Shown here piece after piece: positions 8,411 through 18,459 of a DNA stretch of 64,000 nucleotides. Origin of the DNA: an uncultured delta proteobacterium (GTDB taxonomy: Bacteria > Myxococcota_A > Polyangia > Polyangiales > Polyangiaceae); contig CAVOKF010000003.1 in the NCBI GenBank assembly GCA_963696385.1, forward strand, positions 576,001 to 640,000. Direction: 5' to 3'. The position numbers and the translations under genes were made by a program. Within the stretch, counting starts at the first letter, position 1, and every line of letters begins with the position of its first letter. A model generated the notes under the pieces. That model had not been told where the DNA came from. It saw nothing but the letters and a program-made list of their open reading frames with translations, and did no database searches.

Positions 8411-9904
8411 GTGATCGCACCGGTCAAGGCCAACATCGAGTGCGCATGGCTCGCTGCGGTGTCCGTGGTGCTCATGGCCGTGCGCGCCTACGCTGCGACG
8501 CGGATCGGTTTTGGGGACTCCGAAGCGCTGTACGCGAGCTATGCACTTCACGCCCAGCCCGCCTACCTCGACCATCCCGGTCTCGTAGGAATATTTGCGC
8601 GCGCTCTAGGGGCAGGCGCACCTCCCACCCCCGCAAGCGCTCACCTCGCGACCGCGGCACTCGCCACGGCGGCGCCCTGGGTCATGGCGCTCGCCTGCCG
8701 CGCAGCCGGTGCGTCGTGGCGACGCTCGTTCGGAACCGCCTTGGTCGTGGCACTCGTCCCGGAGATGGCGATCGGGCTATTTGCCATGACGCCCGATCTG
8801 TTGTTGTCGCTCGCATGGACCGGCAGCCTCGGCTTCGCTGCATTCGCCATGTGTGCGGCGCCGGGAAGCGCGCGCGCCACGCTGGGCTTTGGGGCGGCCG
8901 GTCTTCTCGCCGGCATCGCTGCGGCGTCGAAGGTCAGCGGCTTGCTGCTATTGCCCGCCCTCGCTGTCGCCTACGCCCTGCGTCCGGCGCGCTGTCACGC
9001 GCGTACGGCGGCGCCCTGGGCGGGCCTCGCGGCGGGGCTCGTCGTCGTCTTGCCCATCGCGGCGTTCGAATCGCGTACGGGCTGGCCGATGATCCGGCAT
9101 CGCCTCGTCGACACGCAGCTCGCTGCCGGGCTTTCGCTGCGTAACGCTGGCGCGCTCATCGGGGGTCAGCTCGCTTACCTATCTCCTCTCGTCATCGCGC
9201 TCTTCGCATACGCGGGCCGCGCGCTGTGGCGAGAGCGCAACGAACCCGTCGGCGGACTTCTGCTGGCAAGCTGCGCGCTGCCCGCGGCCGTGCTGGTACC
9301 GTTGTGCCTCTGGAGCCGCGTCGCCGAACCGCACTGGCTAGCGCCCGCCTGGCTCGCGCTCGCGCCAGCCGCCGCGCGCGCCCGACAGCCCGTTCCCAGA
9401 CGCCTCGTCGTGGCCGCCGTTGCGCTCGGCGCATGCATGATCGCACTGGTACACGCTTGGGTGCTCATTCCTGCCGTCTCGAACCTCGCGCCCGCCTCGT
9501 GCGATCCGCGCCTGGACATCACCCACGAGCTTTACGGCTGGGACGTCGTCGCGGCCGAGGTCCGAGCGGAAGTCCGCGAGGCCGAAATCCCCGGCTCGCC
9601 CCGAGGAGACGTCGTCGTCGTCGGCCCTCACTGGATCGTCTGCGCACAGGTCGAAGCGGCCATACGCGGTGACGTCCCGGTCGGCTGCGATACGCCGGTC
9701 GACGATGACTTCGACACGTGGTGGCCGCGCAAGCGCTGGCGTGCGGCCGACACCATCGTCTGGGTCACGGACACGCGCTTCAATCCACCGCCCACCCTTG
9801 GCTCCTACGCGGAATTGCGTAGGCGCCAAATCCGCATTCGGCGCGGCGGACGCGTCATTCGAGTCTTCACCGTCGCGACACTCTCGCGTCGAGCAGCCGC
9901 TTAG
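8411..9904 (+). CDS. GT-C membrane glycosyltransferase (GT39/GT83, ArnT/PMT-like)
   Basis: GDSEALY...YLDHPGL, TPD, G.A..SK, EPHW; about 11 hydrophobic segments and a C-terminal soluble domain. Confidence 0.8.
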   Translation: MIAPVKANIECAWLAAVSVVLMAVRAYAATRIGFGDSEALYASYALHAQPAYLDHPGLVGIFARALGAGAPPTPASAHLATAALATAAPWVMALACRAAGASWRRSFGTALVVALVPEMAIGLFAMTPDLLLSLAWTGSLGFAAFAMCAAPGSARATLGFGAAGLLAGIAAASKVSGLLLLPALAVAYALRPARCHARTAAPWAGLAAGLVVVLPIAAFESRTGWPMIRHRLVDTQLAAGLSLRNAGALIGGQLAYLSPLVIALFAYAGRALWRERNEPVGGLLLASCALPAAVLVPLCLWSRVAEPHWLAPAWLALAPAAARARQPVPRRLVVAAVALGACMIALVHAWVLIPAVSNLAPASCDPRLDITHELYGWDVVAAEVRAEVREAEIPGSPRGDVVVVGPHWIVCAQVEAAIRGDVPVGCDTPVDDDFDTWWPRKRWRAADTIVWVTDTRFNPPPTLGSYAELRRRQIRIRRGGRVIRVFTVATLSRRAAA

Positions 9905-10002
9905 GCACAACGGCCCACGCACCCAAAGGCGGCGAGCCCGAATTCGTCTTTGTCCGCTTCGTGGGTAGGGATCCTCCGCAGATCGGCGGGGCGCCTCCCG
10001 AC

Positions 10003-10332
10003 TCATTGGCCCGATCGTTTCGCATTCGAATCGAACCAGGGCAGGTCGCCATTCGTTTCGATCTGCCGGTCCTCGTAGGGCGTAGCGACTCGCCGGTAGA
10101 ACTCGTCGGCGACGTTCTTGAACACACCGGTGACGGTTGCAATCGTGCCGTAACGGATCTGCCCGAAGCGTGCCTCGATGACCCGCATGGCGAGCGAAGT
10201 GCACGCGTAATTGAGCAGACCCGCGAACGCGGTTTCTTCCGGCATGCGATGGGCGAGCTCCGCAATGCGCTCCGACAGCTCGCGAATTGCCGGGTCGAGA
10301 GCGCTCCGGTAATCGGGTTTGACGTACGGCAT
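10003..10332 (-). CDS. Small conserved hypothetical protein (resembles DUF6899, recalled from memory)
   Basis: MPYVK..R, GLLNY, EFYRRVATPYEDRQIETNGD; 5 nt downstream of bioB on the same strand. Confidence 0.75.
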   Translation of the reverse strand: MPYVKPDYRSALDPAIRELSERIAELAHRMPEETAFAGLLNYACTSLAMRVIEARFGQIRYGTIATVTGVFKNVADEFYRRVATPYEDRQIETNGDLPWFDSNAKRSGQ

Positions 10333-10337
10333 GGTTG

Positions 10338-11306
10338 TCAGCCCGATACCGGCTCGAGCGTTCGCAGGCCCGCATCGCGGAGCAGCGCGCGGTCCCTATC
10401 GACGTCCGGATTGGGCGTCGTCAGAAGCCTGTCGCGACCGAAGAAGATCGAATTCGCGCCGGCGTACATCGCAAGGAGCTGCGCCTCGCGCGACAAATCG
10501 CTCCGGCCAGCGCTGAGCCGCACCCGCGCACGCGGCATGAGGATGCGGGCGCAGGCGACCATTCGAACGATGTCGAGTGGTTCGACCGGGGGCCCGTGCT
10601 CAAGTGGCGTCCCCGGAACGCGAACGAGCGCGTTGATCGGGACACTCTCGGGTTGAGGCTGGAGGCTCGCGAGCGTACGAAGCATCTCGCAACGGTCATC
10701 GGCGCTCTCGCCCATTCCGATGATTCCTCCAGAGCAAACTGTGATTCCGGCTGCGCGAACGGTCGCCAGCGTGCGGAGCCTATCGTCGTACGTGCGTGTC
10801 GAGATGATCGACCGGTAGTGCTCGCGACTCGTATCCAGATTATGGTTGTAGGCGTCGAGCCCCGCCTCTTTCAGTCGCGCCGCCTGGTCGTCATCCAGCA
10901 TCCCGAGCGTCGCGCACGCCTCGAGTCCCATCGCCTTTACCCCGCGAACCATCGCGAGAAGGCGATCGAACGCAGGTCCGTCCTTCACCTGGCGCCACGC
11001 TGCACCCATGCAAAAACGCGTCGACCCGTCGGCTCGAGCGCGCGCGGCGACGGCAAGCACTTCATCGACACCGAGCATCTTTTCCGACTCGGTGGACGTG
11101 GCGTAGTGGCTCGATTGGGGGCAATACGCGCAGTCTTCGGGGCAGCCGCCCGTCTTGACGCTGAGCAGCGTGCACAACTGAACGTGCCCGTCGGCATGGT
11201 GAGCGCGATGAACGACACGCGCCTGGTCGATCAGAGCAAACAAAGGGCGGCCATAGAGCTCGCGCACGAAAGCGCTCGTCGGGCCGCCCGAAGGGGAGAT
11301 GGTCAT
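10338..11306 (-). CDS. bioB: Biotin synthase (radical SAM)
   Basis: [60 protein letters not shown]. Confidence 0.97.
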   Translation of the reverse strand: MTISPSGGPTSAFVRELYGRPLFALIDQARVVHRAHHADGHVQLCTLLSVKTGGCPEDCAYCPQSSHYATSTESEKMLGVDEVLAVAARARADGSTRFCMGAAWRQVKDGPAFDRLLAMVRGVKAMGLEACATLGMLDDDQAARLKEAGLDAYNHNLDTSREHYRSIISTRTYDDRLRTLATVRAAGITVCSGGIIGMGESADDRCEMLRTLASLQPQPESVPINALVRVPGTPLEHGPPVEPLDIVRMVACARILMPRARVRLSAGRSDLSREAQLLAMYAGANSIFFGRDRLLTTPNPDVDRDRALLRDAGLRTLEPVSG

Positions 11307-11381
11307 GCGATGCGCGGGAGATTAGCAGACGGATTCGCTTCGATTGGGCTATGGTGCGCGCCTGGTGGGGGGAACTGCTTC

Positions 11382-11741
11382 ATGCCTACGGTTCTTCTCG
11401 TCGACGACTCGCCTTTGGTGCGCCTAGCGCTCGGGAGACGCCTGGTCGCCGAGGGGTTCGCCGTTCGTGAGGCGCAGTCCGTTCAAAGTGCGCGAGCGAG
11501 CGAGGCGAGCGCTACCGTCGCGCCGGCTTGCGCCGTTCTCGATCTGCAGCTTCCTGACGGAGATGGCACCATGCTGGCCGCTGCCCTCGCCGCCAAGCAT
11601 CCCGGGATCCCCGTGGCATTCTTCACGGCGGGCTGCGTCCCGTCGCTCATGGAATGCGCACGAGGAAGGGGCCCCGTCTTCATCAAGCCCGACGACAAGC
11701 TGGTCATCGCGTGGGTAAGGCGGGTGCTGCGCCCGAGTTAG
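11382..11741 (+). CDS. Single-domain response regulator receiver
   Basis: LLVDDS, phospho-Asp in VLDLQLPDGDG, FFTA, FIKP. It is the C-terminal part of the 10335..11741 shadow ORF. Confidence 0.85.
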   Translation: MPTVLLVDDSPLVRLALGRRLVAEGFAVREAQSVQSARASEASATVAPACAVLDLQLPDGDGTMLAAALAAKHPGIPVAFFTAGCVPSLMECARGRGPVFIKPDDKLVIAWVRRVLRPS

Positions 11742-11938
11742 CCTCCGCCTACGAAGTGAACGATCTCCACGATGTCGCCCGCAACCACCGGGCGCGTGAC
11801 GTGGTCAACGCGAAGCACGACGGCCCCGTTGATCTCGACCGCGACCGGCCCTTCTGTGAACCCCAGATGACGCACGAGCGCGCGAACCGTCATGCCGTCG
11901 GGGACGTCTCGGAGCGTACCGTTGACCGTGATTTGCAT
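11738..11938 (-). CDS. thiS: Sulfur carrier protein ThiS
   Basis: MQITVNG...VAVEINGAVV...GDIVEIVHFVGGG with C-terminal GG. Confidence 0.95.
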   Translation of the reverse strand: MQITVNGTLRDVPDGMTVRALVRHLGFTEGPVAVEINGAVVLRVDHVTRPVVAGDIVEIVHFVGGG

Positions 11939-11952
11939 CGTCGAAAAGACGT

Positions 11953-13161
11953 TCATAGCAAAAGGCGCGCCCGCACGCGGTCGAGGATGATGTCGGCGAG
12001 CTCCCCCTTCGGCATCGTCCGCAATGGTTCGATCGCTCCCGCTGCAACGATCGTCGCGCGGTTGTCGTCGAGGCCGAACGAGTTGTCGGCTTCGTTCGCC
12101 ACGACGAAGTCGACGCGCTTTTCAACGAGTTTGCGGGAAGCTGACGCGACGAGCGCCTCGCCGCCATCGGTTTCGACAGCGAATGCGACAAGCACGGGTC
12201 GCCTTCCGCCTGTTCGCGCGACGCCAATTTCGGCGATGAGATCCGGATTCTTGACGAGATCGATCGTCACCCGTTCGTGGGTCCTCTTCAGTTTGGTCGC
12301 GCATGGTTCAGTCGGGCGGTAGTCGGCCACCGCGGCCGCCATCACCAGCGCGTCGGTGCCCGACAGGTCGGCGCCCGTCGCCTGCCAGAGCGCCGCGCGC
12401 ATGGCGTTTGCGTCGCGAACATCGACGCGGCGCACGCCTTGCGGCGTCTGCAGCTGCACGGGGCCGGCGATCAGCGTGACGTTCGCTCCGCGTTCGGCTG
12501 CTCGCCGCGCGATCTCGAAGCCCATCCGCCCACTGGAACGATTGCCTATGAACCTCACGGGGTCGAGGTCTTCCAGGGTCGGCCCAGCCGTGACGATCAA
12601 TCGGAAACCGGACAGGTCGTGGGGCGAAAGCAAATTCGCCAGAGCCACGGCGATCTCGGCCGGATCCGCCATGCGTCCAAGCCCCATTTCGCCGGATGCC
12701 ACCGGGCCGTGTTCGGGCCCGACGAGGCTCACGCGCCGTTGCGAAGCTAGCTCCGCCACGTTGCGTTGCGTTGCCGGGTGAAGCCACATCCGCGGGTGCA
12801 TCGCTGGCGCAGCGAGCACCGGACCGCGTGCGCACAGGGCCAGCGCGGCAACCAGGTCGTCGGCGCGACCCTGAGCGAGGCGCGCAAGAACATCCGCCGT
12901 AGCGGGCACGATGGCGACGGCGTCTGCCCGCCGCGCCAGCGCCACGTGCATCTCCCCCGCAAACGACACATCCCACATATCGGCTGCTACGGGCTCTCCG
13001 CAGATGCCCGCGAGCGTGAGTGGGCCGACGAAACGCTGCGCGGACGTCGTCATGACCGGGATCACTTTGGCACCCGACGCGATGAGCAATCGAGCCAGCT
13101 CGACGGCCTTGTACGCCGCAATGCTGCCCGTCACGCAAAGGGCGATCGTCGTGCCTTTCAT
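11953..13161 (-). CDS. coaBC: Bifunctional phosphopantothenoylcysteine decarboxylase / synthase
   Basis: TGSIAAYKA, PATAD, APAMHPRM, TAGPT.E.LDPVRFIGNRSSGRMG, AAAVADY, KNPD. Confidence 0.96.
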   Translation of the reverse strand: MKGTTIALCVTGSIAAYKAVELARLLIASGAKVIPVMTTSAQRFVGPLTLAGICGEPVAADMWDVSFAGEMHVALARRADAVAIVPATADVLARLAQGRADDLVAALALCARGPVLAAPAMHPRMWLHPATQRNVAELASQRRVSLVGPEHGPVASGEMGLGRMADPAEIAVALANLLSPHDLSGFRLIVTAGPTLEDLDPVRFIGNRSSGRMGFEIARRAAERGANVTLIAGPVQLQTPQGVRRVDVRDANAMRAALWQATGADLSGTDALVMAAAVADYRPTEPCATKLKRTHERVTIDLVKNPDLIAEIGVARTGGRRPVLVAFAVETDGGEALVASASRKLVEKRVDFVVANEADNSFGLDDNRATIVAAGAIEPLRTMPKGELADIILDRVRARLLL

Positions 13162-13252
13162 GCGGCGCTGTCTTCTAGCTTACCGCGACACGGCCCAAGG
13201 CCGGTCGGGCTTGCGACTGCCGGAGGCGCATGATACGTCGCGCCCCCTCGTC

Positions 13253-14359
13253 ATGGGCCTCGCCGTCGGAATCGTTGGCCTGCCGAACGTTGGTAAGTCG
13301 ACGCTCTTCAACGCCCTTTCGTCGGCGAAGGCCGAAGCCGCGAACTACCCGTTCTGCACAATCGAGCCGAACGTCGGCGTGGTCGCCGTACCCGACGATC
13401 GTCTGCGAGCGCTCGACGGTGTGGTCCACGCCGAACGCATCGTGCCAGCTACGATCGACTTCGTCGACATCGCCGGCCTCGTCCGAGGAGCGCATACGGG
13501 CGAAGGCTTGGGCAATCAGTTTCTGTCGCACATTCGCGAAGTCGACGCCGTCGTCCAAGTCGTGCGCTGTTTCGAAGACGAGAACGTCGTTCACGTCGAA
13601 AACCGCGTCGATCCGGTGGCCGACATCGCGACGGTCACGACCGAACTTTGCCTCAAGGATCTCGAGACCGTCACGAAGCGTGGCGATCGCGCGCGCAAAT
13701 TGCTGAAGGCCAACAGCGCGCTGGAAAGGCTCGCGGTCGAGATATGCGATGGCCTGGCGCGACACCTCGACGAGGGAGGGCCGGCGCGAACGTTCCGGGT
13801 ACCCGACCATCCGGAGGCCGCGGGGGTCGTACGGGACCTGCATCTGCTCACCGCGAAGCCCACGTTTTACGTGGCCAACGTGGACGAGGCATCGCTCGGC
13901 CAGCTCGACGCGAACAAGCACTTCCGAGCGCTCAAGAAATACGCGGATGCAGAAGGGGCGCTCGTCGCCCCCATCTGCGCAGCACTCGAGGCGCAGATCG
14001 CCGAGCTCGATCCCGCCGACCGTCCCGAGTTCCTTGCGGGCGCCGGCCTCCGAGAGCCAGGCCTTTACGCGGTCGTGAGGACCGCCTTCGAGCTCTTGGG
14101 TCTCATCACGTTCTTCACCGCCGGAAAGCAGGAGGTACGTGCCTGGACAGTCCGCCGAGGCGCAAAGGCTCCTCAGGCCGCCGGAGTCATCCATACCGAC
14201 TTCGAGAAGGGCTTCATTAAGGCCGAGGTGATCTGGTGGGAAGACTTCGTGAAGCTAGGCGGGGAGGCGAAGGCGCGAGACGCCGGCAAATTGGGAATCG
14301 AGGGAAAGGAGTACATCGTCCGTGACGGCGACGTAATGCACTTCCGCTTCAATCTCTAG
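13253..14359 (+). CDS. ychF: Redox-regulated ribosome-binding ATPase YchF
   Basis: GIVGLPNVGKSTLFN, ANYPFCTIEPN, DIAGLV, GEGLGNQFL, APQAAGVIHTDF, EGKEYIVRDGD. Confidence 0.97.
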   Translation: MGLAVGIVGLPNVGKSTLFNALSSAKAEAANYPFCTIEPNVGVVAVPDDRLRALDGVVHAERIVPATIDFVDIAGLVRGAHTGEGLGNQFLSHIREVDAVVQVVRCFEDENVVHVENRVDPVADIATVTTELCLKDLETVTKRGDRARKLLKANSALERLAVEICDGLARHLDEGGPARTFRVPDHPEAAGVVRDLHLLTAKPTFYVANVDEASLGQLDANKHFRALKKYADAEGALVAPICAALEAQIAELDPADRPEFLAGAGLREPGLYAVVRTAFELLGLITFFTAGKQEVRAWTVRRGAKAPQAAGVIHTDFEKGFIKAEVIWWEDFVKLGGEAKARDAGKLGIEGKEYIVRDGDVMHFRFNL

Positions 14360-14432
14360 ATCCGAACTTCGAGGAGATCGTTTTGGCGTGAGGCGATCGG
14401 GCCGTCGCTGCAGCGCTCTCGCCCCCGCAGCA

Positions 14433-15602
14433 TCAGGCGGCGCACAGATCGTTCAAGTCGGACGCGAGCGCGTAGTGCCATAAAAACAAATAAAGCACGA
14501 TCGACCGGGGCGGTCGTTGAACCCCACTTCGTTGCTTGGCGCTCGCAACCTCTCGAGGAACGAGGATCAAGGCCCAGTACCAATTGTAGATTGGAACGAA
14601 TAGCGGCCACCAGACGAACGTCTCGCTCCGCGTCACGGACTTGAGCTCGTTCGCCATGACAATGGCGAGCACGAGCGACCAGACGGCTCCGGCCAAGGTG
14701 ACGAGCGCGCCCAAGATCCCAAGCGCGGGACTCAGCAGCGAAAGGACGCCATTCAGAATGGCGCCGGCGAACATGACGGCAACGGGCAGAACGAACGTCA
14801 GAAGCGCATTCCGTCGGGTCGGCCCAGCGCCCCAGCCCGTCCCCAGACCCAGAGCCGCCAACGACGACGACGTCGGTTGCGAGTACGGCATCATGGTCCC
14901 CAATCCGCCTGCGGACGCGCCCACCCCTCCGGGTTGCGGGACGTAGCCTCCGGGACCCGCACCCCCATACGGACCGGGCGCAACGGGGAAAGCGTAAGGG
15001 TTTCCCCCGTGGGCTTGCGGCGACGCATCCCCGGGTGGGGGCGGTCCGTACTGCCCAAAGGGGGAGGCCCCGCCTGACCCGGGCATCAACTGGGTGCCGG
15101 GCATGTGCTGGTGAGGTAAAGGGGCAGAGTAAGGCGAGCCTACCGGCGGCTGCGCTCCGAAGCCGCCCGGAAAACCTCTCGAGTCCGCTGCGACCGTTCC
15201 GCCGAGCGGGTTCACGCCCGGCTGCGGGACCGGTGGCGCGAACGCCGATGCCCCTTCGGCCGCGGAAAAGGGTCCGCGGGGGGAACCGGCCGGCGGCCCG
15301 GGAGGCGGAACGGCCGCCGACGGCGGGGCGGGCGTGAGACCCGCCATCGGCGCGACGCCGACCATCGTTCCCTTCAGCTTGTTCGGGATGGACGGCGCCC
15401 CCGCCCCCGGAGGGTGCGGCCCGAGGCCCGGACGCGGCGCCGCAGCACCCGGCGGAGGCGTACTCGACGCGGCAGCCGCTTGATTCATCATCAGCATGGT
15501 GCCCTTGAACTTCGGTGCGGCCACGCTCTTGAGGTGAAAATTGCACTTCGAACACGTTTGAGCCGCATCCGGGTTCTGCGTGCCACAGTTCGGACAGAAC
15601 AC
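14433..15602 (-). CDS. Zinc-ribbon / Pro-Gly-rich linker / C-terminal membrane domain protein (DUF4234-like)
   Basis: GTG start with GGAGGT SD; CPNCG...CSKC zinc ribbon; about 250-aa P/G/A-rich region; 3-4 TM C-terminus ending in DLN. Confidence 0.8.
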   Translation of the reverse strand: MFCPNCGTQNPDAAQTCSKCNFHLKSVAAPKFKGTMLMMNQAAAASSTPPPGAAAPRPGLGPHPPGAGAPSIPNKLKGTMVGVAPMAGLTPAPPSAAVPPPGPPAGSPRGPFSAAEGASAFAPPVPQPGVNPLGGTVAADSRGFPGGFGAQPPVGSPYSAPLPHQHMPGTQLMPGSGGASPFGQYGPPPPGDASPQAHGGNPYAFPVAPGPYGGAGPGGYVPQPGGVGASAGGLGTMMPYSQPTSSSLAALGLGTGWGAGPTRRNALLTFVLPVAVMFAGAILNGVLSLLSPALGILGALVTLAGAVWSLVLAIVMANELKSVTRSETFVWWPLFVPIYNWYWALILVPREVASAKQRSGVQRPPRSIVLYLFLWHYALASDLNDLCAA

Positions 15603-15800
15603 TCGCGCACCTCCGTGCATGGGGCGGCGCCGCAAGCGAAACCGGCCCGCGCGGCCGCGTCGGGGAATTCCGAAGCACGACCCAATCGCGCCCCCTAAGC
15701 ATAGCGGTTCGCGATCGGGCCGCTCAAGCAATTTTCGGCATCGCCGCTCCGTACCGCACCGCCTCGCATCGTGACAACCCGGCCGGCTCGGCCGCGTGGC

Positions 15801-15830
15801 TTGACACGCGTGCATCGACCCCACTAGCTT
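15801..15830 (+). promoter_or_regulatory. Sigma70-type promoter upstream of nuoE
   Basis: TTGACA-N18-TAGCTT about 105 nt upstream of the nuoE ATG. Confidence 0.55.
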
Positions 15831-15936
15831 TCGCGCGGGTTTTGCTGGAGTTTCGCGCATTTCCCGCGCGACTCCGGCCCCTGGCCGCGGAGCGGTATCG
15901 ACCGCAGCCGACGACTTCGCTAAGGACTGCCGCGCG

Positions 15937-16413
15937 ATGCCCTTTGCTCTCACCCCGGAACGTGAGCACAAGCTTCAGGAGATCCTGGAGCGGTACCCGA
16001 CCAAGATGGCGGCGACACTCCCTCTCCTTCACCTCTGCCAAGAACAAGAAGGGTACATCGGGGCGGACGCCATCGACTTCGTATCGAAGCGACTCGACGT
16101 TTCGACCGCCCACGTCGAAGGCGTCGTCACCTTCTACACCTTGTTCAATCAACACCCGGTCGGCAAGCACCAGGTCTGGGTCTGCCGCACGCTTCCGTGC
16201 GCGCTCCGGGGCGCCGACGACGTCCTCGCGCACTGCGAGCGGAGGCTGGGGATCCGGCGCGGCGAGACGACGCCGGACGGAAAGGTGACCCTGCGGACCG
16301 CGGAATGCCTGGCGAGCTGCGGCACCGCGCCGATGATGCAAGTCGACCGCAATTACTACGAGAACCTGACACGCGCGCGGGTCGACGAAATTCTCGCAAA
16401 GCTCGTGGAGTAA
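15937..16413 (+). CDS. nuoE: NADH-quinone oxidoreductase subunit E
   Basis: VVTFYTLF, 2Fe-2S ligands VCRTLPC and ECLASC, APMMQV, YYENLT. Confidence 0.95.
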   Translation: MPFALTPEREHKLQEILERYPTKMAATLPLLHLCQEQEGYIGADAIDFVSKRLDVSTAHVEGVVTFYTLFNQHPVGKHQVWVCRTLPCALRGADDVLAHCERRLGIRRGETTPDGKVTLRTAECLASCGTAPMMQVDRNYYENLTRARVDEILAKLVE

Positions 16414-16416
16414 CCC

Positions 16417-17787
16417 TTGCTCAAGCGCACCGACTATCTGACCCGGACGTACGCGAAGCCGCAGGGCTGGACGCTGAACGCGTACGAGCGGGATCTGGAC
16501 GGCTATCAAGTTGCGCGCCGTGTGCTCACCACGATGACGCGCGAGCAGGTGGTCGACCAAGCGAAGAAGGCGAACCTGCGAGGGCGAGGCGGGGCAGGAT
16601 TCCCCATGGGGGTCAAATGGAGCTTCATGCCGAAGACGGTCGGCGCGAAGCCCCATTATCTCGTCGTCAATGCCGACGAGGGCGAGCCGGGCACGCACAA
16701 GGACCGCACGCTGATGGAGCTCAATCCGCATGCGTGCATCGAAGGCACCCTCATCGCCAGCTACGCCATCGGGGCGCGCGTCGCCTATGTCTACGTGCGC
16801 GACGAGCTGCACTTGTCGAAGGCTCGTCTCGAAGGGGCTCTGATCGAGGCGCGCGCGAAGGGCTACGTGGGAAATTCGCCGTTCGGCACCCCGGGCCCGA
16901 TCGAGATTTACGTGCATTCCGGCGCGGGCGCGTACATCTGCGGCGAAGAAACGTCCATGCTCAACTCGATTGAGGGCCGCCGCGGCGAACCGCGTATGAA
17001 GCCGCCCTTCCCGGCCAACGCCGGCGTCTTTGGGTGCCCGACGACGGTCAATAACCTCGAGACGGTGGCCGCGGTTCCGACGGCGTTCGGGCTGGGCTGC
17101 GAAGAGTTCAGCAAGTTGTCGGCGCTGCACGGGATCGGCGACGGGGGCGTCCGGTTGTACGGGCTGAACGGGCACGTCAAGCGCCCTCAAATCGTCGAAC
17201 TGGCGGTGGGCCCCACCCTCAATGAGCTCATCTATGAAGTCGGCGGCGGGGTGATCGGCGACCGCGGGGTGATGTGCGCCGTTCCGGGAGGCTCTTCGAC
17301 CCCGGTGCTCCGTCCCGACGAGATCGTGCAAGCGTCGGACCCGAAGTCACCCCTTTACCCGTGGCACGGCAAGAGCGTGTTCGACGTGCCGCTCGGGGTG
17401 GACACCATGCGCGGCGTCGGAACGATGCTCGGGACCTGCTGCGTTACGGTGATTGCGGAGGGTACCGATCCCGTACGGTGCATGCACAACCTGATGCAAT
17501 TCTACCGTCATGAATCGTGCGGGCAGTGTACTCCTTGCCGCGAGGGCAGCGCTTGGCTGGAGCGCGTCTGCCGCAAGCTCCTCGACGGCCGAGCATCCAT
17601 GGCGGAGCTCGATACGCTTTCCGACGTCGCAAACGGGATCATGGGCAATACGATTTGCGCGTTCGGAGAAGGAACAGCCATGCCGGCGCTCGCATTTCTC
17701 CAGAAGTTCAGACGCGAGTTCGAGAGCCATGTCCGCGGCGAGACGTCGGGCGCCGACGCGACGCTGATCGTGGAGCCCTGGACCTAA
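16417..17787 (+). CDS. nuoF: NADH-quinone oxidoreductase subunit F
   Basis: LRGRGGAGFP, NADEGEPGT, GAGAYICGEETS, NNLET, ESCGQCTPCREG, TICAFG. TTG start. Confidence 0.96.
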   Translation: MLKRTDYLTRTYAKPQGWTLNAYERDLDGYQVARRVLTTMTREQVVDQAKKANLRGRGGAGFPMGVKWSFMPKTVGAKPHYLVVNADEGEPGTHKDRTLMELNPHACIEGTLIASYAIGARVAYVYVRDELHLSKARLEGALIEARAKGYVGNSPFGTPGPIEIYVHSGAGAYICGEETSMLNSIEGRRGEPRMKPPFPANAGVFGCPTTVNNLETVAAVPTAFGLGCEEFSKLSALHGIGDGGVRLYGLNGHVKRPQIVELAVGPTLNELIYEVGGGVIGDRGVMCAVPGGSSTPVLRPDEIVQASDPKSPLYPWHGKSVFDVPLGVDTMRGVGTMLGTCCVTVIAEGTDPVRCMHNLMQFYRHESCGQCTPCREGSAWLERVCRKLLDGRASMAELDTLSDVANGIMGNTICAFGEGTAMPALAFLQKFRREFESHVRGETSGADATLIVEPWT

Positions 17788-17802
17788 AGGACGAGACCGC
17801 GC

Positions 17803-18459
17803 ATGAACGCCCTGGACACGCTCTATTTCTACTTTTTCGCCGCGTGCGCCGTGGGCGGAGCCGTAGCGGTCGTCGTGGCGACCAATCCCATTCGCGGTGC
17901 GATGGGGCTCCTCTTGCTCATTCTGAGTGTCGCGGCGCTGTTTCTGCAATTGCACGCGGAATTCCTTGCGGCCATTCAGCTGATTGTCTACGCGGGCGCC
18001 ATTGTCGTCCTCTTCCTCTTCGTCATCATGCTTCTCGGGCCGAACGCCACGGCTCCCCACGACCGGCGCGGGCTCGCCGTTCGCGCGCTGAGCGGCGGTC
18101 TGTTCGGACTCTTCGGGGTCGGCGCCGTCGCTTCGCTCGTTCGGGCGGCCGGTCCCCTGGCGCCCATGCCGCGCGCAGAGTCCTCGTACGGTGGAATCGA
18201 AGCGTTCGGGAGCATCCTCTTTTCCGACGCCCTCGTCCCATTCGAGGTGTCGAGCGCCCTGTTGATGGTCGCGGTGGTCGGCGCAATCGCCGTCGCGCGC
18301 GGGCGTCAAGGATTTCAGTCGCTGTCGAGGGCCGAACGAGTTGTCGCGCAGGGCGCGCCGCCCGTCTCGGATATCGGCGGCCAGCGCCCGGCCCACAATC
18401 ATGCGGGCGTGTTCTCCCACGAAATCCACGCGGGTGAAGCGAAGGAGCACACGGCATGA
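17803..18459 (+). CDS. nuoJ: NADH-quinone oxidoreductase subunit J
   Basis: NPIRGA, AEFLAAIQLIVYAGAIVVLFLFVIMLL, PFEVSSALL. Confidence 0.95.
   Translation: MNALDTLYFYFFAACAVGGAVAVVVATNPIRGAMGLLLLILSVAALFLQLHAEFLAAIQLIVYAGAIVVLFLFVIMLLGPNATAPHDRRGLAVRALSGGLFGLFGVGAVASLVRAAGPLAPMPRAESSYGGIEAFGSILFSDALVPFEVSSALLMVAVVGAIAVARGRQGFQSLSRAERVVAQGAPPVSDIGGQRPAHNHAGVFSHEIHAGEAKEHTA

Noticed and set aside
10335..11381. 468-aa + strand ORF (10335..11741) antisense to bioB
   Set aside because: Only the last 119 aa form a receiver domain; the rest is a GC-rich shadow frame of bioB.
11938..11953. TPP riboswitch before thiS (also checked before thiL)
   Set aside because: The intergenic gaps are only about 11-14 nt, and no TPP signature is present.
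15724..17331. 535-aa minus-strand ORF, plus similar long antisense ORFs (e.g. 34876..36447, 50452..51747, 29853..31190)
   Set aside because: They mirror well-supported genes, lack motifs, and are expected from stop-codon scarcity at high GC.
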